Source of the DNA: Octopus sinensis
Lineage: Eukaryota
Assembly (NCBI RefSeq): GCF_006345805.1
Contig: NC_042999.1
Coordinates: 48,980,001-49,044,000, forward strand
Length of the DNA stretch: 64,000 bases
Direction: 5' to 3'
The notes beneath the pieces are model-generated. The model was not told the origin of the DNA, ran no database searches, and saw only the letters and a program-made list of their open reading frames with translations. The translations under genes were made by a program, and so were the position numbers. Of this stretch, positions 26,319 to 38,366 are shown one piece after another. Each line of letters opens with the position of its first letter. Position 1 is the first letter of the stretch.

Positions 26319-26654
26319 AATAAATGAAAGAATGGAGTCGAACAAAGATTTTTAACAAAATTCCTTTGCTCTCAACATATGTTTCGAAGATTGCATACTC
26401 TTAATTCCGAAGGAATAAAGGGTGCGTTATGCCGTCTTCTCACAGTGATTATCACTGTGGACACCATGTAGGCAGTCATCAAAAAGTTTTTGTTCGTCTT
26501 GAGGCTGATAGAGGTTCCTTGCCTTTCCTGATGAGAAGACGGCATAATGCACCCTTTATTCCTTCGGAATTAAGAGTATGCAGTCTTCGAAACATGTGTT
26601 GAAAGTAAAGGAATTTTGTTAAAATCTTCGTTCGACTCCATTCTTTCATTTATT
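26319..26654. repeat. Head-to-head inverted repeat (~124-bp arms) of an HHR-bearing PLE-like unit
   Basis: Arms 26319-26442 and 26532-26654 differ by 6 transitions and 1 indel (manual count); spacer hairpin CACAGTGA-TTA-TCACTGTG. Confidence 0.95.
26523..26605 (+). ncRNA. Type I hammerhead ribozyme with intact core and extended stem II
   Basis: CTTTC-CTGATGA-GAAGAC-[42-nt extended hairpin]-GTCTTC-GAAA-C(ATGT)G-TT-GAAAG. Predicted cleavage after 26600 (GUU). Confidence 0.9.
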
Positions 26655-26789
26655 CATATAAAAAAAAAACACAAATTTCCACACAAGAACACGGGGTTTC
26701 TGCTCTTGGAATATAGCTTCAACCGTGTTTTCTGACGTGAATTTGCTACCCAGGTATCGATTAACCGAATTATCCATACTAGGATAATT

Positions 26790-26804
26790 CATTCACCTAC
26801 TTAA

Positions 26805-26870
<66 letters not shown>

Positions 26871-26871
26871 C

Positions 26872-26902
<31 letters not shown>

Positions 26903-26996
26903 TATATATGCCAATATATATATATATATTACATATATATATATATATATATATATACATAATATATATATATATATATATATATACATACATATT

Positions 26997-27034
<38 letters not shown>

Positions 27035-27035
27035 C

Positions 27036-27092
<57 letters not shown>
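26790..27092. repeat. Long interrupted (TA)n array
   Basis: Directly visible. Confidence 0.95.
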
Positions 27093-28689
27093 CATTGTAC
27101 TATACATTTTATTAAAAGCGACTTGCAGTTTTAAAGAACAATTTCATTTAAGCAAAGACCTTATCAAAATGCTCACTATTATTGAAAACAATGAATTTGA
27201 TTAATAAGTACAACAAAACCAAAGCAGTACAATATATAAAAATATGTTTCAAATAAGTATTTATACGAAATTTTAATATGTGAGTGTGTGTGCGCGTGCA
27301 TGTGTATACACATATACGCATAGTTACAATTGATGTGCACAGTTGTATATAATGCAATCACTCTTCTGCATATTAATTGGTCAAGACACCTAATTAATTT
27401 TCTATTTATCAAAAGAATCTTTTGTTTCGCACAAATATTCAATTAAGTATATTACCATAATGACGTACCTGCCAAATCATGCGCTGATGCAGCCAATATT
27501 GAGATCTGGCTCAAGTGGAGCGGAAGAGAATAAATAGCCAAAAATGTAAGTGATTAATGGGGAATATAAAAAACGATATTTGATACATTTCCCAATCTAT
27601 ATATCTGCTCTAATTGTTATTCATCTTTTATCTGAAACATGTTTTCGATGCTCGTTGTACTTCTTTAAAATCAGAGAATATAATCAATTTGTGACAAAAT
27701 CGTTCAAGGTTATGACACCAGTGACATGATATGATATGATATATAGTTGCTGTTATATAAAGACACATTGGCTCACATGTTGCGCTGATGAACTATAGTG
27801 ATATATATCATTGTGTGCCATATATCAATCTATCTATCTATCTATCTATCCATCATCTCAACTATTTGGCGACTCATCGCTCTTGTTAGTAGGATTTTTT
27901 ATTATTTATAAACAGTCTACACACACACACATATATACACACAAACACACAAACACACACACACACAAACACACACTCACAAACACACAAACACACACAC
28001 ACACACACATACACGCATATAAGTATATTTGGAGCCTCTACATCAGTATATCTCAAAATACAACAAAATATTCAAAATGCCAGATTGCAGATTCCTAACC
28101 GCCGCATCTAACAATATACACTCACTCATGCTCTCTCCGAACTACTTCGTATATTCAGATATTAATGTACATCGGCCATTTTAATGTAGTGGTGCTTTAC
28201 TGCTTCAAAGCTGCCTGGTATTCTGTTCACGCAGTGAAATAGGAAGAAAAAAGGCAACTAAATTTTGTTTTAAATAGATTTCTTGTCTCGGCAAACGTTA
28301 CACTTATGGTGTTAGGTCACTGGATTCCAGCTTTGATTATGTGCGCATTTATTATGCCTCGTCCAGTTTTCTTGCTTTTATTCATATTTATTTGAATATT
28401 ATAAGTATATGTAAATTGGTCATTAATGTATTCATAGTTACAGAATCTTTTCAATAATTAAATTCAGATTTTAGTGAGATCTCATACAAATTTGAATATA
28501 TTCAAACAATTTATGAGTATAACGCAGCAGTTATCTCATTTCAAATATCAGTTAATATATTCTAAATCATGCCAAGTTGAGTTGTTTTTAAAACCCATTC
28601 TTATGAAGCTTCATATGTTAATTGGATACTGTTTCACATATCCATAATAAGAGTTTAGAGTTCATACCCTACCAACGGTGTAATATTAC

Positions 28690-28830
28690 GATGCTGCTGT
28701 GTGTGTGTTGCCAACTCAGTACAAGACATTGTAGATCTTTAGCTGGGCTAAAAAGTCACATTCGATCACAGCACCAGTAACAGTTAAGCTTCGTGCAATG
28801 GCCATATTCGATAACGAGGGGAGCAGCAAC
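28690..28830 (+). mobile_element. LINE 3' remnant (RTE-X/L2-like C-terminal zinc-finger)
   Basis: CQLSTRHCRSLAGLKSHIRSQHQ*, followed by a short 3' UTR GGCCATATTCGATAACGAGGGGAGCAGC. Confidence 0.45.
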
Positions 28831-29675
28831 AATATATATATATATATATATATATACATATGCTTTATTAAATAGCATACAAATTTGAGATACTATCGAT
28901 TTCCTGTTAACATGTCGTGAAATTCCCATTTTATTATCATATTGAGGTATTATACATCTTCATCATCGTTTCTTTCATGGTTTACATTTCTTTTAGTACA
29001 TAGGTATCGCATATTTTTGTGTAATTTGCTCTCATGTGTATGAGACAGAGTTTTGATAGCGTGTCTTATTGTCTTAGCCTTAGATTCTAAATTCATTTTT
29101 ATGGAAAATATCTGCATTTCTACTACGATTATTTCCTCCTAATGTACACCATACTTGAGATGTTAGAAATTATGTCTTGGCACTTGACATGCAAGCGAAT
29201 TTAAAATGTCCAAGTTTCCTTACAATTTACGAGTCGGAGTTTAAGAAATTTTTTATCATCACAATATATATTACATGAAGACGTATCAAATGTAGTGACA
29301 AACCTATTACAACTTAACCAATATTTTTTTCTTTCGGAAAATTCTATTGTAGTTCTTAGTTCATTAATTATTAATTTAAAAACATTAATGATTTCTGATA
29401 TAAGATTTGACAACGTAAACAGGTTTCAGTCAATCTATAAGAAAAAATAAACACAAAAGAGTAAAAAGTAGAAATGAGTTCATGTGCCATAGACTCCTTG
29501 AACGTTATTCATTTTCCATATATTATATTTTTCTGCATCGTTACTTTATTGTAAAGACGTATTAACTAATATGTCCTTGATTAAGTTACAGTAAATTTAA
29601 TTTATTTTACTCACTAATTTTAAAACAACTATACGTTCTGTTAATATTATCCGATTGTCAAATCCCTTTTTTCAG

Positions 29676-29715
29676 CCTCCAACAAATTGCTTTGGGATGT
29701 AATTTCGTCAGTGTG
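29676..29715 (+). CDS. Candidate 40-nt exon (SNKLLWDVISSV or LQQIALGCNFVSV), unassigned
   Basis: Strong acceptor atcccttttttcAG and consensus donor GTG|GTAAGT; two open frames. Confidence 0.3.
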
Positions 29716-30333
29716 GTAAGTCGGATGTTATATGAGCACAAATATGTATTTGTGCGAATAAATATTTGTAGAATATGTAAATTCTCACAAACAAGAACAT
29801 AACAATGCCTCTCATTTGAGGGAGAGTCTGAAATACCAATGGTTTGAGATAAAGTCATCTGGTGTGGGATTTCCATTCAGAACGTTAAAGTTCCTGAACT
29901 TAAATATCAGTAATTATTTTGAATCAATTTTCCCTTTTCCTCTTGACCATTACATGGACTGCAATATAACAAGTATATCTGTTTATAAATATCAAGGATA
30001 GTCTGACCATTACTCTTCGGCTTGTGAACTCCATCATTAGTTTTGAAACATAATAATATCCTTTGTTTGAAAATGAATACAGTTTGTTCAAATATTTCTA
30101 AACATCAGGACAATTTCTATACATCTCATCCCACCAACACTAGATGGCAACATATCATCAAATACAATATGATATGAGATTCGTTAAGTTTGTAAAATGA
30201 CCATCCTCTTTAGAATTATCGTTGTTAATAGCATTGCTATGTTTCTTTGATTTTCATATAAATTGTTGCTAATCTTCACGTAAAAGGTTTCATTAGTGTA
30301 TTCATTTGTTTAGCAATTTCCTAGATTACATGG

Positions 30334-30335
<2 letters not shown>

Positions 30336-30382
<47 letters not shown>

Positions 30383-30508
30383 TATTATTAATATTATTAT
30401 TATTATTATTAATATTATTATTATTATTATTATTATTATCATGATTATTATTATTATTATATTATTATTATTATTATTAGTAGTAGTAGTAGTAGTAGTA
30501 GTAGTAGC

Positions 30509-30548
<40 letters not shown>

Positions 30549-30612
30549 ACAGTAGTAGTAGTAGTATCATCATCATTATCATCATCGTAATCATTATTAT
30601 TATCATTATTAT
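30336..30612. repeat. Compound trinucleotide array (TAT)n(TAG)n(CAT)n
   Basis: Directly visible. Confidence 0.95.
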
Positions 30613-31039
30613 TGAGATTTTCTTTCAGTCTTCATTCCATTTCTTGCTGAGTGTGTTCCCGACACCCGGGGCAAAGAAATTGATAGGCATACATTGATAA
30701 GCCATTAAAATATACGCTCCAGATTGTTTGTTTTCAAAATGTTAGAAAACTATTTAAAGTTTTAAAAAATAATTTTGAAAAAATAATTTTAAAATACGTG
30801 CCTAGAGATAGTTCTCACATCGACAAATTTCTTACACTATGTGACAAACCAGTTAAAACAACCTTAAACATTTCTTGCAGGGATAGTAAACCAGGGATCA
30901 GTGTCAAATAATTTTCAGTACATTTTTATCATTTCAGATGCTCCTACAATTATTGGTGTTGTAACCACTTTGAGATGTCACATTTTTCAAATTCAATGAA
31001 AAAATTTGAAGAGGGGTTACTCCAATTTGGCAAGTCGCG

Positions 31040-31790
31040 AACGGGGTCACGGAGCGACGGCCAAGGCGGTAGTAGATGACGGATGTGATGTATGAATTAG
31101 CCAACTCCGCTCGGTGTTCCAGTGATAGCTTCCTTGCAGCCCATTTCTGGGAGAGATTGGCTACTCTGATCGTCACATCGTTCCAATTCTTATCCACATG
31201 GAGGTCTGGTCCTAACAAAACCGCAAGCAACTTTGCCGGTCCGTCTAGCGCCTGACGACACTGTTGGACGGCATGGACCTGCTTCTCCCGGTGCCGCGCT
31301 GCAAGCCCACCGACTTTTCTGGGTTACGTTTTGCTCCCGTCAACTTTTCATATTCTTCCAATGATGCGCCGAAAATCACGATTTCTGATGTGGCCAACAG
31401 CATCGCGGTGATGTCGTCCGCATAAGCCAACAAAGCCCTTCCGCGTACAGATTCGAGTGGGATGTTCTGCAACAGCTTCAGCATCTGCAGTAAATAGTAA
31501 AGAGTCAAAACGTACAGAAGGGAGAAGAGAGGGCACCGTTGACGGACGGATCGAGAGATCGGAAACGGTTCCGAGAGGTGACCATTAACTTTGGCCACCG
31601 AGCAGATGCCACTGTGCATTGCAGCAATCCAAATTCTGAAGATGGGAACAAACCAGCTGCCTTGAGGACAACCTCCAGGTAGCGATTGGTCGGCCCTATC
31701 GAATGCTTTCGATTGATCTAAGTTGATCAGAGGCCTACCGAAGCCAGGTTTACTCGCTGCCCTTTCCATGATGTATCGCATGAGGTGGGG
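31040..31790 (-). mobile_element. L1/Tx1-like LINE RT fragment, frameshifted
   Basis: LINLDQSKAFDR, SVRQRCPLFSLLYVL, LAYADDIT, NPEKSVGL, RKLSLEHRAELANSYITSVIYYRL (ORFs 31245-31781 and 30934-31230). Confidence 0.85.
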
Positions 31791-33126
31791 GTGTAATTGA
31801 CTTTATCGCTCCTCCGAAATTGCTGGTCTTGTGTCAAAATTTAAAACCAATATTCATTGTATGATATGCAAGTTAGAAATTCTAATTATTCCTATTTGTT
31901 AGGAATTGTTATTTTATATAACTAACATTTATATCCTAAAAGAATCATTTTTACTATTTTAAACACACTAAAACTATTAGAGTAGTGTTCATTTATTTTC
32001 TAACAGTAGAGTTCACATTTTGGTGTCAAAGATTTTCTCTTCGAACTGACGTTTTATTTTTGAATTTTCAAACTAAGATATACGTAAAAGAAAAATTTCG
32101 AAATTGTGAAGAATAAACTATTTTTCACACTTAATATGTATGTTTTACAAAGATATAACAAATAGAATTTATTTCCAGACTTACATAACAGTAGTATAAT
32201 ATAGCAAAAAAATGGATTCGCTCTGCTGATAAATAATGAAATCAATACTGTGAATTCGTGTGTGATAAGAAGGAAAAACATTTTTTTAATGCTAAGTACA
32301 GTGTCTCAAGTATTGTAGATTGAAAAACATTATTTTAGACATATCTGTGATCAAAGAAAAGTCGAGACTAAAATAAAATATATAGAGGGCCTAGTTTTGA
32401 GTTAAGTTAGAAGTATATTTGATTCTGTGAAACGAGTGTAGGATAAACGAAAGAAGATAAGTTAAAATCGAAGTAAACACCACCCTGTATGTGTGTGCGG
32501 GTTTGTGTTCATGTGTGTGTCTATGTCAGTACACACATGCATACATATAAATGTAAAATATGTTATATATGTATATGCGTGTGTGTGTGCGCGTATGTAT
32601 GTGTGTATGTATGTATTGCATAACGTGATATAACATAATATAATATATATATATATCTATAAGTAATAGATCTGGATATGAATGTGTGTGTGTATTTGCA
32701 CTAAACTGGTAGTTATCTTGCCGTTGACACGTTGCTTAATACTCTGTGGGAAAGAAAACAAAAAAACTAATAAGGACACATAAAACAATGAGAAAAGTAA
32801 GATTCTTGATTCTGATCGGCTTCCAAGATTTATGAAACTTGTCAGATATAAGAACAAGTGGTGTCTATGTAATGCCATAGATTTATAATACAATCTTCCT
32901 TAGTTTCTCAAACAACCGGTAATCGAATTTTTTTCTGCGTCATTTATTAATGACTAGACGAAATAATGCCATGCTTCCAATTTATTTCATGTTGTTTTTA
33001 GAAGTTTTATATTTTCCCTTCATATATGGTGAAAGACCTTAAAGCTAAGCAAGATTAAGAACCATATCTGTTCTAAACTTGTTTGTAACAAAATTTCTCT
33101 GTCATTAAGTATGTATACATATGTAC

Positions 33127-33177
33127 CTATGAATACAGTTCTTTTGTATTTTCTTCAAGCAATGCTGAATTTTTTGA
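33127..33177 (-). CDS. Candidate 51-nt exon (QKIQHCLKKIQKNCIH), unassigned
   Basis: Acceptor ctcatttccttcAG, donor TAG|GTACAT, phase 2-2, single open frame. Confidence 0.3.
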   Translation of the reverse strand, partial: SKNSALLEENTKELYS

Positions 33178-33339
33178 CTGAAGGAAATGAGTGAGCTAGT
33201 TGAATCATTAAAGCGTTGGAAGAAATACGATCTGAGTTCAAATTTGACTGAGGTCTTGCGGTCATTCCTTCCAGGACGATCAAAACAAAAGTATGGATCG
33301 AATATTGTGGTCCACTGAACTACTTCCATAATAATGGAA

Positions 33340-33360
33340 TTATTATTATTATTGCTGTTG

Positions 33361-33440
<80 letters not shown>

Positions 33441-34515
33441 GTTATTATTATTATTATTATTTGACACAACAGATTGTTCAATTACAAAGTCATGTGTTAG
33501 TAAAAGAAGGGGAAGAAACAGAAAGGAGAAAAGGAAACAAGGAAAAAAGGAAAATACATTTAAAAAGAAAGCAAAAAATAAAGGGGAGAGAAGAAAGAAA
33601 ATTCACAGCGACAATGCTTTTCTCAATACGTGTGACATACAAGTTAAACAATCTTATGCACTTCTTGTATGTATGGTAAGCCAGATGTCATCCTGAAATA
33701 ATTTTCACTTTCTTTTTTATCATTCTAAGTGGTCCTACAATCACTGGTAATCTAACCGTCTTGAGATGCCACATCTTTTCGATTTCAATCAACAAATCTT
33801 TATATTTCATGAGATTATCAAATTCTTTTGCCGAGATTTTATGGACACAAGGTATGCTCATGTCGATCAATAAAGAGATTGTATTGCATTGGTCTTTCAG
33901 ACCAATATCTGGCTTATTATCTTTGATGGTCCGGACTATATGTACTGGAAAGTCCCAAAGAATAGTTACATTTTCTTCCTCAGTTACTGCCTCAGGCTGG
34001 CACTTGTACCATTTGCCAGCAGGTTTGATTTTATAATGCCGACATATTAACCAGTGTAGATATTTCCTAATTCTGTCATGTCCTGATTTGTACCCGACTG
34101 ATGCTCAAACCATTCACCCGGAGATTAAATGGTCCACTGATTCAATCTCATCATTTCGGTATCAGCTCTTTGGATCTACTCCATTTTTCATGACATTAGC
34201 GTGGTAATTCCGTATCAATAAGCTCGGATCATGTGCAGCTAATATAAAGCCTTTGATCTCTGCCTTTAGCCCTGAGCCCCGTAACCATTGATCGGTGTGT
34301 GCTTCTGGTCTACATTAGCTTGTTTGCTACGGGCCATATATTTGCCAAGCAGAGGTTTTTGTTCCCACCTATCAGCCAATTGTTCAAACGCTTTCGACTT
34401 TGCCATTGATTTCATCTTCTTTAAATCAACGGATGCCGCACTTTCATCATGCTCTTCAACGTGGGTATTATGCATAAACTCACTGGCAAACTTTTTGCAC
34501 TTCTTCATGACAGAA
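33340..34515 (-). mobile_element. R4/Dong-like LINE 3' portion with restriction-like endonuclease remnant and (TAA)n tail
   Basis: RWEQKPLLGKY, ESVDHLISG, VTILWDF..TIKDNKPDI, LLIDMSIP, KYKDLLIEIEKMWHLKT..LPVIVGPL, MSHVLRKALSL*; ends in (TAA)n at 33340-33462; (AAC)n lies at the 5' truncation. Confidence 0.85.
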
Positions 34516-34522
34516 TGAAACT

Positions 34523-34578
<56 letters not shown>

Positions 34579-34885
34579 GCTGCTGCTGTTCGTGTTCTTC
34601 TTGTTGTCGTTCTTCTTCTTCTTGTTTTATATTATAAGAAATTGATAGCTGTTAACCTCTTCGATTATATGTTTAAAGGGACGTCCTTTCTGATTTCTTT
34701 TCTAAATATCCGAAATATACTGCAGTTGATCAACTCATCTCTAGTTCTTTCCTAAGATTCTAGCAGGCAACTGCGTGTGAGTGGACTCAATATGAATGAG
34801 TAAGCGTTACATCTTTGTAAACATATCTAAGATACAAAACAAAAATAGATTTTTGAAGAGTCAAGAACTCATGTTTCTTATTTAC

Positions 34886-34920
34886 CTGCAGGTTTCATTC
34901 CAGTCGGCGTCTAAATAATA
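34886..34920 (-). CDS. Candidate 25- or 35-nt exon ((YYL)DADWNETC), unassigned
   Basis: Donor CAG|GTAAAT; alternative acceptors at 34911-12 or 34921-22; phase-2 end compatible with 33127-33177. Confidence 0.25.
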
Positions 34921-35855
34921 CTATAGTTCATTACTTCACCATAATTGATCGGATTATATAATTTTTGTCTGAGTTGCACAAAAGTGTATCGCTAATAATG
35001 ACTTCCAGATATTCTATTATCTCTAAATTATACCTACGTCAAACGTGTACGTAACACAAGGTCCTATATTCTAAGATTCGCAACAATGATCCAAATGCAA
35101 AACAAGTTCAATTATTGCTACCAGTCAAACACAAGCCCTTAATATTACAACCAAAAATCCATTCAGCTAGTAATAGATAATGCATGAAGATATTGTATGT
35201 GTTATTTTATTCAGGGGCACTGAAGCTTTGACTAAGTCCATCTAATACCAGTAAGCTTCTCTATTTCTAAATTCTCAGTTCAAATTTAAGCATTAGATAT
35301 AGAATAGTATGCAATATTCATACGCCATACGTCTCTCAAAATGGCGACGCCAATGGTATTATCTTTTTAATACGAAAGTATATGGTAGTCATTTTAAATG
35401 GCAAATTATGAATAAATCATAAAGTATACTTATCTGCATGAAAACCAAGTTGAACGTCATGAATTACGTATATAATATCTTAAGTGATTACACACACACA
35501 CACACACAGATATATATATATATATGAGAGAGAGGGATGAATACACACCCACATACACACACAGGCAAAACTTACACAGTGCACACACACACACTCACAA
35601 CACACACACGAACGCACATACACACACACATATATAAGTGTGTATGTGTGCGTGTAATATATAAGTAGGAGTGAATAAATTTATATATACGGTGTGTCTT
35701 CAAAATTTTTGAAGGATATGCGCTCATACATTTATGTGCAATTTTTGCACATTCACATAAAAACTGAAGAAATACATATAAATATATAAGTTTATAAAAG
35801 TAATGTCGTATTTTTGAGTATATATGTGGGATTATATATATATATATATGTGTGA

Positions 35856-35926
<71 letters not shown>

Positions 35927-35929
<3 letters not shown>

Positions 35930-36223
35930 TGACCGCCCAGGCTATCAGATGTTGCTACGCCTCGCTGGACACAATGCATTTCGCATTGTTTTTGCCTTCA
36001 AATGACGCCACCCCGCTGGCTAAGCGAGCAGGCCAACAGAAGAAAGAGTGAGAGAAAGTTGTGGCGAAAGAGTACAGCAGGGATCGGCACCACCCCTTGC
36101 CGGAGCCTCGTAGAGCTTTTAGGTATTTTCGCTCAATAAAAACTCACAACTCCCGGTCTGGGAATCGAAACCGCGACCCTACGGCCGCGAGTTCGCTGCC
36201 CTAACCACTGTGCCCTTGCGCCT
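35927..36223 (-). mobile_element. tRNA-derived SINE family D, tail type 1
   Basis: Head GGCGCAAGGGCACAGTGGTTAGGGCAGCG...GGTTTCGATTCCCAGACC. Confidence 0.85.
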
Positions 36224-36344
36224 GCACACACACACACACATATATATATATAAAATAAATTAATGAATAAATAAAACATATGCATATGTACATACATACT
36301 TACATACATACTTACCTCTACATGTATATATACATGCATATAAT

Positions 36345-36522
36345 GGTACAGGACACCAAAAAAAAAACGTCGAACACAATGAGAAACGAAAACATAAACA
36401 CAAAACCAAGGAAATGGACATTTTTCTTAAACAACGAAACAATAGAGTACAGGACATACAAAACAAGAAAAATTCCCCTTCTTCAGTCGCCTTTGTTTCA
36501 TCTACTCCACGTTTCGAAGGTC
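36345..36522 (-). mobile_element. PLE-like pLTR fragment
   Basis: A-rich/CT-rich strand asymmetry, and contains CTTCGAAACGTGG and CTGAAGAAGGGG motifs. Assignment by resemblance only. Confidence 0.4.
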
Positions 36523-36530
36523 ATCCACGA

Positions 36531-36916
36531 GTAACGAGAAGATGGATTTGGTGATCTTTATTTTATAGAGCGATCGTTTCAGACCACCCTGCTGCTGTCC
36601 CTTATAGGTTGGACTTCGTTCAACATGTATTGCATCAATTTTGCAGTCTGGGTCTCATCAGGCACATTTATACATAAGATTGTGTCTCGCTAAAGATCCT
36701 GAGTTTTGGCTGTCATGTTGTCATATGCTTGTCGTATTGTTATATGTCCCCGGCGGGCATATAACAAAGTGACAGCCAAAACTGGATGTGACCCAGATTG
36801 TAAAATTGATGCAACAGATGTTCAACTGAGTCCCACCCATAAGGGACAAGAGCAAGATGGATCGAAACGACCGTTGTACAAAATAAAGATAGATACCAAA
36901 TCTATCTTCTCGTTAC
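36531..36916. repeat. Diverged head-to-head inverted repeat (~133-bp arms) with HHR remnants and a fold-back spacer
   Basis: Arms 36531-36661 and 36782-36916; spacer has TTTTGGCTGTCA/TGACAGCCAAAA and TGTTATATGTCC/GGGCATATAACA; minus arm starts CTGATGA-GACCCAGACTGC-AAAA-TTG(ATG)CAA-TA. Confidence 0.85.
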
Positions 36917-37146
36917 GTAAGAAATTATTGTTATTATCTTAACTAACGCTGCGGAGTTCCAGAGGTAGATCCAATGGAAATATACTCCGACTGCAGAGGA
37001 CTCCAAGTAGCCCAAATTGTGCCAGTGCTCTACTCAACACTTCAGCACACTAATCAACATATATCCACTAGTCCAAGATATTAAATACACACACACACAC
37101 ACATACACAAACACAGACACACACACAAACACACGCACACACACAA

Positions 37147-37177
<31 letters not shown>

Positions 37178-37184
37178 TATATAT

Positions 37185-38276
37185 CTTATTATATATATCT
37201 TCCTATATGTCTTTCCGTCCGTCAGTCCCTGATCTTTTCGCGGCCAACTGGTTAGACTTGCACGAAACTTGGAAGTCTTACTAAGGACGTCCGGAGAACA
37301 GTTTATATCACGTTTAAAATATTTTATTGGAAAGACTTGCTACACTACTTCGATTCGTATGAAACTAAGCCATTTCCGTAAAAGATTTCTTTTATTTATT
37401 TATTTCACTTCTTTGTGTCACAGGAAAGGGACATCGTTCGACAGGAAGTGTGTTGACGGGGTGTGCGACACAGAAAGTGTGACAGAGACAGAGAGAGAGA
37501 GAGAGAGACACACACACCTAAAGACAAATGCAGAAAGAGAGACAAACAGAGACAGAGAGAAAGACAGAGACTGTGTGTGTGTGTGTCTGTGTGCGTGCGT
37601 TTTTTTTTAACTTCATCAACATCGGCCACAGTAAGAAAACAGAAACAAAAACCTAAATGGCTTTTATGAAAGTTGAAACAGTATTTTCATTTCTTCTTTC
37701 ATTATTATCTCCAAAACGGTTCTGGATGTTGATGGGGTGAGCGGCACACGAAGTGTGTGAGAGATACATAGAGACACACGAAGAGACACAGACAGAGAAA
37801 GAAAAAGACAGACAGGGAAAAACACAGACACAGAAACAGAGAGAAAGACACACTGTGTGTGTGTGTGTGTGTGCATATTTGTTACCCCATGGACACATTC
37901 ATGGGGTGTGCGAAGCAGAAAACGTGTGACACAGGGAGAGAGAGAGAGACAGACAGACAGACAAACAATCAGAGAAAGAGAGAGAAAAACACAGATAGAC
38001 AGAGAAAAGACAGAGTGTGTATGTGGTGTATGCGTGTGTTCGCGCGAGCTTCTGTTAACACCATCAACGCACTTTCTCTACAACGATGTCAGTTTGGTAC
38101 AGCATCCAAGACAAAAAATAAATAAATAAAAGAGACAAACTCAGAATGAGAGACAGAGAGAGAGAGAGAGACAAACACAGACACACACAAAGAGAGACAG
38201 AGAGCGTGTGGATTATTAAATATTTGTACATATTAGTCATACTTTTCTCGTGCGGCCAGGAAGGTTGCTTGTTAGT
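37185..38276 (+). mobile_element. Possible non-autonomous Helitron-like element with expanded internal (GA)/(CA)/(GT) microsatellites
   Basis: 5' ATC..ATATATATC..TCCGTCCGTC..TTGCACGAAACTTGG; 3' CTCGTGCGGCCAGGAAGGTTGCTTGTTAGT resembles a hairpin + CTAGT end. Confidence 0.45.
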
Positions 38277-38366
38277 GCATTACTAATCGTGTGCTTACTC
38301 TAGCCACAGTACTGCTAGTTTCATTATGGAATTTCAGCTTTCGTGCCGTTGCTCATTTATTAACCA

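Noticed and set aside
27785-27822. CTGATGA followed by a hairpin
   Set aside because: No GAAA or stem III follows.
33645-33676. Plus-strand candidate exon with a GTAAGC donor
   Set aside because: It lies antisense within the Dong-like LINE C-terminal coding region.
36472-36520. Permuted (type II-like) hammerhead on the minus strand: CCTTC-GAAA-CGTGGAGTA...CTGAAGA-AGGGG
   Set aside because: Both core halves are present, but no stem I pairing could be drawn between them.
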